A stretch of 64,000 nucleotides of DNA from Candidatus Aenigmatarchaeota archaeon (GTDB taxonomy: Archaea; Aenigmatarchaeota; Aenigmatarchaeia; QMZP01). Below are positions 61,932-64,000 of this stretch, piece by piece. Position 1 is the stretch's first letter; each line of letters opens with the position of its first letter. The notes under the pieces were generated by a model. That model did not search any database. It had not been told where the DNA came from and saw only the letters and a program-made list of their open reading frames with translations. The position numbers were made by a program, and so were the translations under genes. The stretch is taken from the NCBI GenBank assembly GCA_016185435.1, contig JACPNN010000001.1:8956-72955 (forward strand), written 5' to 3'.

Positions 61932-63620
61932 TATTATATTCATTTCCTTTTTGTATAGCCTGATGCTCCTTTCTTCCTTCGGAAAATAGATGGTTATGTT
62001 TTTCGTGTAAACAGGCGTGTAAGAAAGGAAGTTTGTGCCTGTATTCTCCACCAAAATATAGTCGGCGCCAGAGGATGCATATGCATCCATGTTATCGGTT
62101 TCCATGACCTTAAAGCGCCTGCCGGGGTAATTCAGATAGAATGAGCCTTTTGGGATGGTATGCGCATTTGTGAGAATAACCGTCAGGTTATCTTCCGGTA
62201 CGACATGCTGCCTGATTTCAGCTGTCACTGTGTTCAGATTCCCGTTAAAATCGCTCCTTGCGTAAAAAATGAGGAGGGAATAGGAAAGCGACAAAACGAA
62301 TGCAAGAAACACGAGGCCTTTCAGGATTTTTTTGTTTCTGTCGTAGACAGAGAGGAGGAAAGGAACGCTGACTGCGCCCAGTGCCATAAGGAAATGCCTC
62401 CTGAAGCCGAGGGATACAGACTGGTAATTGGCCATGCTAAGGGCATAACCGATGATGAGAAAAACAACAGACACAATTGAAAATTTTCTCATTTCGGCAA
62501 TGTCATCCTTTGCCAGAAGCATGGCTATTATCCCCAGATAAAAATACGGGGTGAAGTCGGCCGACCTTGAAATTATGATTATGGAGTCGAGCACAGCGCT
62601 TAATGTCTTCCCGAAATCAATCTGGGATTCATAAACTATGCCTACGCCATGGGAAAAAACAAAGCCTTCATATGTCATCGAGGCTATCCTGATTGCGTAA
62701 TGGGGGATGAAGATCAAAGATAAGACTGCAAAATAAAGCAGCACTGATTTCCTGTCTTTCACGAGAATCAGCGGGATTGAAAACGCCAGGGCAAGTATTG
62801 GAAGCTTGATAAGAGCTGCCACGGAAATGAAGGCCGCGGAATAGAAAAGATATGCTGATTCCTTTTCCCTTTTCCATCTAAGAATGCAATACAAAGAGGC
62901 CACGATAAATGAGGCATGCATCAAATCAGTATACAGCATTATGCTGTGATAGGCCAGCAGAGGGGTAGCTGAAAGTAGTGCAGTTCCGAATATGGCCTTC
63001 TTCCTGTCGAAAAAGAGGCGGGCGAAATAATATGAAAAGCCAAGGAACAGGATGAATGCCAGTGTGGGGAGAAGTTTGTATGCTTCCGGATGAAAAGCGA
63101 GGGAGTATCCAATGAAGCCTTCGTAGAAAAACGGGAGGGTTATCTTGTGCAGATACAGGAAATCCTCCCTGTTCGCATCGTTGAACTGCAGGTCAAAGTG
63201 GCCTGTCTTGAATGCCTCCACCGCGAAGGGCAGATGGTAACCGATTCCGTCAAAGCCCTCATATGCAAACAGGATATTATGGATGAGAGAAACTATGACA
63301 ATAAATGCGATTGCCAGAAGATATTTGTCGCGCATCTGAATTCTTATCGGGGTGAAAAGGCCCCTCAGGCGCCTGAAATTCTTCAGGTAAAAATAGGCTG
63401 AAGACAAAACCGATGCCCAATAAATCACGCTGATAAGAGGCCTCGCATCATGAATCATGGCGATAAAGGAGACCAGATATGAAACTGACCCTATATAGAC
63501 CAAAACGCCAAGAAGAAGCTGATATTCTTTTTTGAATTGCCTGTTGATGGCCTGCTGCAGCAAGGCTCCGCTGCCGAAAATCACCAGAAGCATGAAAAGG
63601 GATTCAGCAATCATTTCCAT
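61926..63620 (-). CDS. polytopic GT-C-like membrane glycosyltransferase (family-39/PMT_2-like, tentative)
   Basis: It is 564 aa with about 12 TM helices and a soluble C-terminal region. It lies within a nucleotide-sugar cluster. The family call rests only on topology and context. Confidence 0.45.
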   Translation of the reverse strand: MEMIAESLFMLLVIFGSGALLQQAINRQFKKEYQLLLGVLVYIGSVSYLVSFIAMIHDARPLISVIYWASVLSSAYFYLKNFRRLRGLFTPIRIQMRDKYLLAIAFIVIVSLIHNILFAYEGFDGIGYHLPFAVEAFKTGHFDLQFNDANREDFLYLHKITLPFFYEGFIGYSLAFHPEAYKLLPTLAFILFLGFSYYFARLFFDRKKAIFGTALLSATPLLAYHSIMLYTDLMHASFIVASLYCILRWKREKESAYLFYSAAFISVAALIKLPILALAFSIPLILVKDRKSVLLYFAVLSLIFIPHYAIRIASMTYEGFVFSHGVGIVYESQIDFGKTLSAVLDSIIIISRSADFTPYFYLGIIAMLLAKDDIAEMRKFSIVSVVFLIIGYALSMANYQSVSLGFRRHFLMALGAVSVPFLLSVYDRNKKILKGLVFLAFVLSLSYSLLIFYARSDFNGNLNTVTAEIRQHVVPEDNLTVILTNAHTIPKGSFYLNYPGRRFKVMETDNMDAYASSGADYILVENTGTNFLSYTPVYTKNITIYFPKEERSIRLYKKEMNIIS

Positions 63621-63683
63621 CGCCGCCTAATTATGCATAATGTTTTGTTTGGGATTAAAGAATGACAGCATCGAATGATGCGC

Positions 63684-64000
63684 TCACAATAGCTTGTCTA
63701 TTCCGTAATATTCGCTGGTTTTCCTTATCACATCCCTGAACCATGTATTTTGCCTGTACCATTCTATAGTCCTCTTGAGGCCTTCCTCGAGCGTATATTT
63801 TGGCTGCCATCCGAACTTTTCATTGGCCTTCCTGTATGAAACATATTGGGTGTCTATTTCCCCTGAGAAATCCTTCCCCAATACAAGTGGTTCTATTTTT
63901 CCTTCCTGACCAGCCGCCTTTATTATGTTCAAAGCGAGGTCATAGACAGAAATGGGCTTTGATGTCCCGAAATTGAACACGTCGCCATTCGTTATTTTGT
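63684..64000 (-). CDS. C-terminal part of an NAD-dependent sugar 4,6-dehydratase/epimerase (5' end outside window)
   Basis: The frame stays open to the window edge (..KITNGDVFNFGTS). The tail GW.P...LEEGL..TI.WY is typical of the family. Confidence 0.65.
   Translation of the reverse strand, partial: KITNGDVFNFGTSKPISVYDLALNIIKAAGQEGKIEPLVLGKDFSGEIDTQYVSYRKANEKFGWQPKYTLEEGLKRTIEWYRQNTWFRDVIRKTSEYYGIDKLL

Noticed and set aside
1-64000. CRISPR arrays, rRNA genes, IS elements or transposases
   Set aside because: No regularly spaced direct repeats, no rRNA-like conserved stretches and no transposase or integrase-like ORFs were seen on either strand. Apart from coding low-complexity KE tracts, the only repeats are the TAGCGGCA modules.

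Overview
This is a gene-dense archaeal chromosomal segment of roughly 45% GC, with about 90% of the window coding.

The archaeal assignment rests on these markers:
- GatD/GatE, Orc1/Cdc6 and a family-B DNA polymerase
- an archaeal-type GluRS and a ThrRS with the archaeal N-terminal editing domain
- aIF2-beta and RNase P Rpp21
- ribosomal proteins S19e, S3Ae, L31e and L39e
- aTrm56, NurA, HerA and the chromatin protein MC1

Several proteins are shortened or fused: GatE lacks its insertion domain, PriS is fused to a PriL C-terminal domain, and EndA is a multi-unit protein. Genes also overlap at ATGA and TTAG junctions. My inference is a small-genome, DPANN-like archaeon, but this cannot be proven from the window.

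Accessory or cell-surface content:
- A type IV pilus (Tad/Epd-like) locus at 0.2-12.6 kb. It carries a pilin, an ATPase, split platform genes, a two-module FlaJ-like protein and an A24 prepilin peptidase.
- A secreted SNase plus lamin-tail nuclease.
- A candidate S-layer gene next to a wHTH protein that shares its C-terminal module.
- A glmS / YvcK-CofD::HAD fusion / GlmU-like amino-sugar cluster.
- A nucleotide-sugar and glycan cluster at 57-64 kb.

One tRNA was found. It is tRNA-Gln(CUG) and carries a roughly 20-nt insertion in the D-loop. No rRNA, CRISPR array, transposase or integrase was seen.

The most unusual non-coding signal is the direct-repeat motif TAGCGGCATAGCGGC. It occurs three times, each about 20 nt upstream of a TTTATA box. 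A related inverted pair, TAGCGG/CCGCTA, brackets the TATA box of orc1/cdc6. Two of the three copies flank a cassette of three very short ORFs that are below the ORF-track cutoff.

All product calls come from motif recognition by eye. No database search was run.
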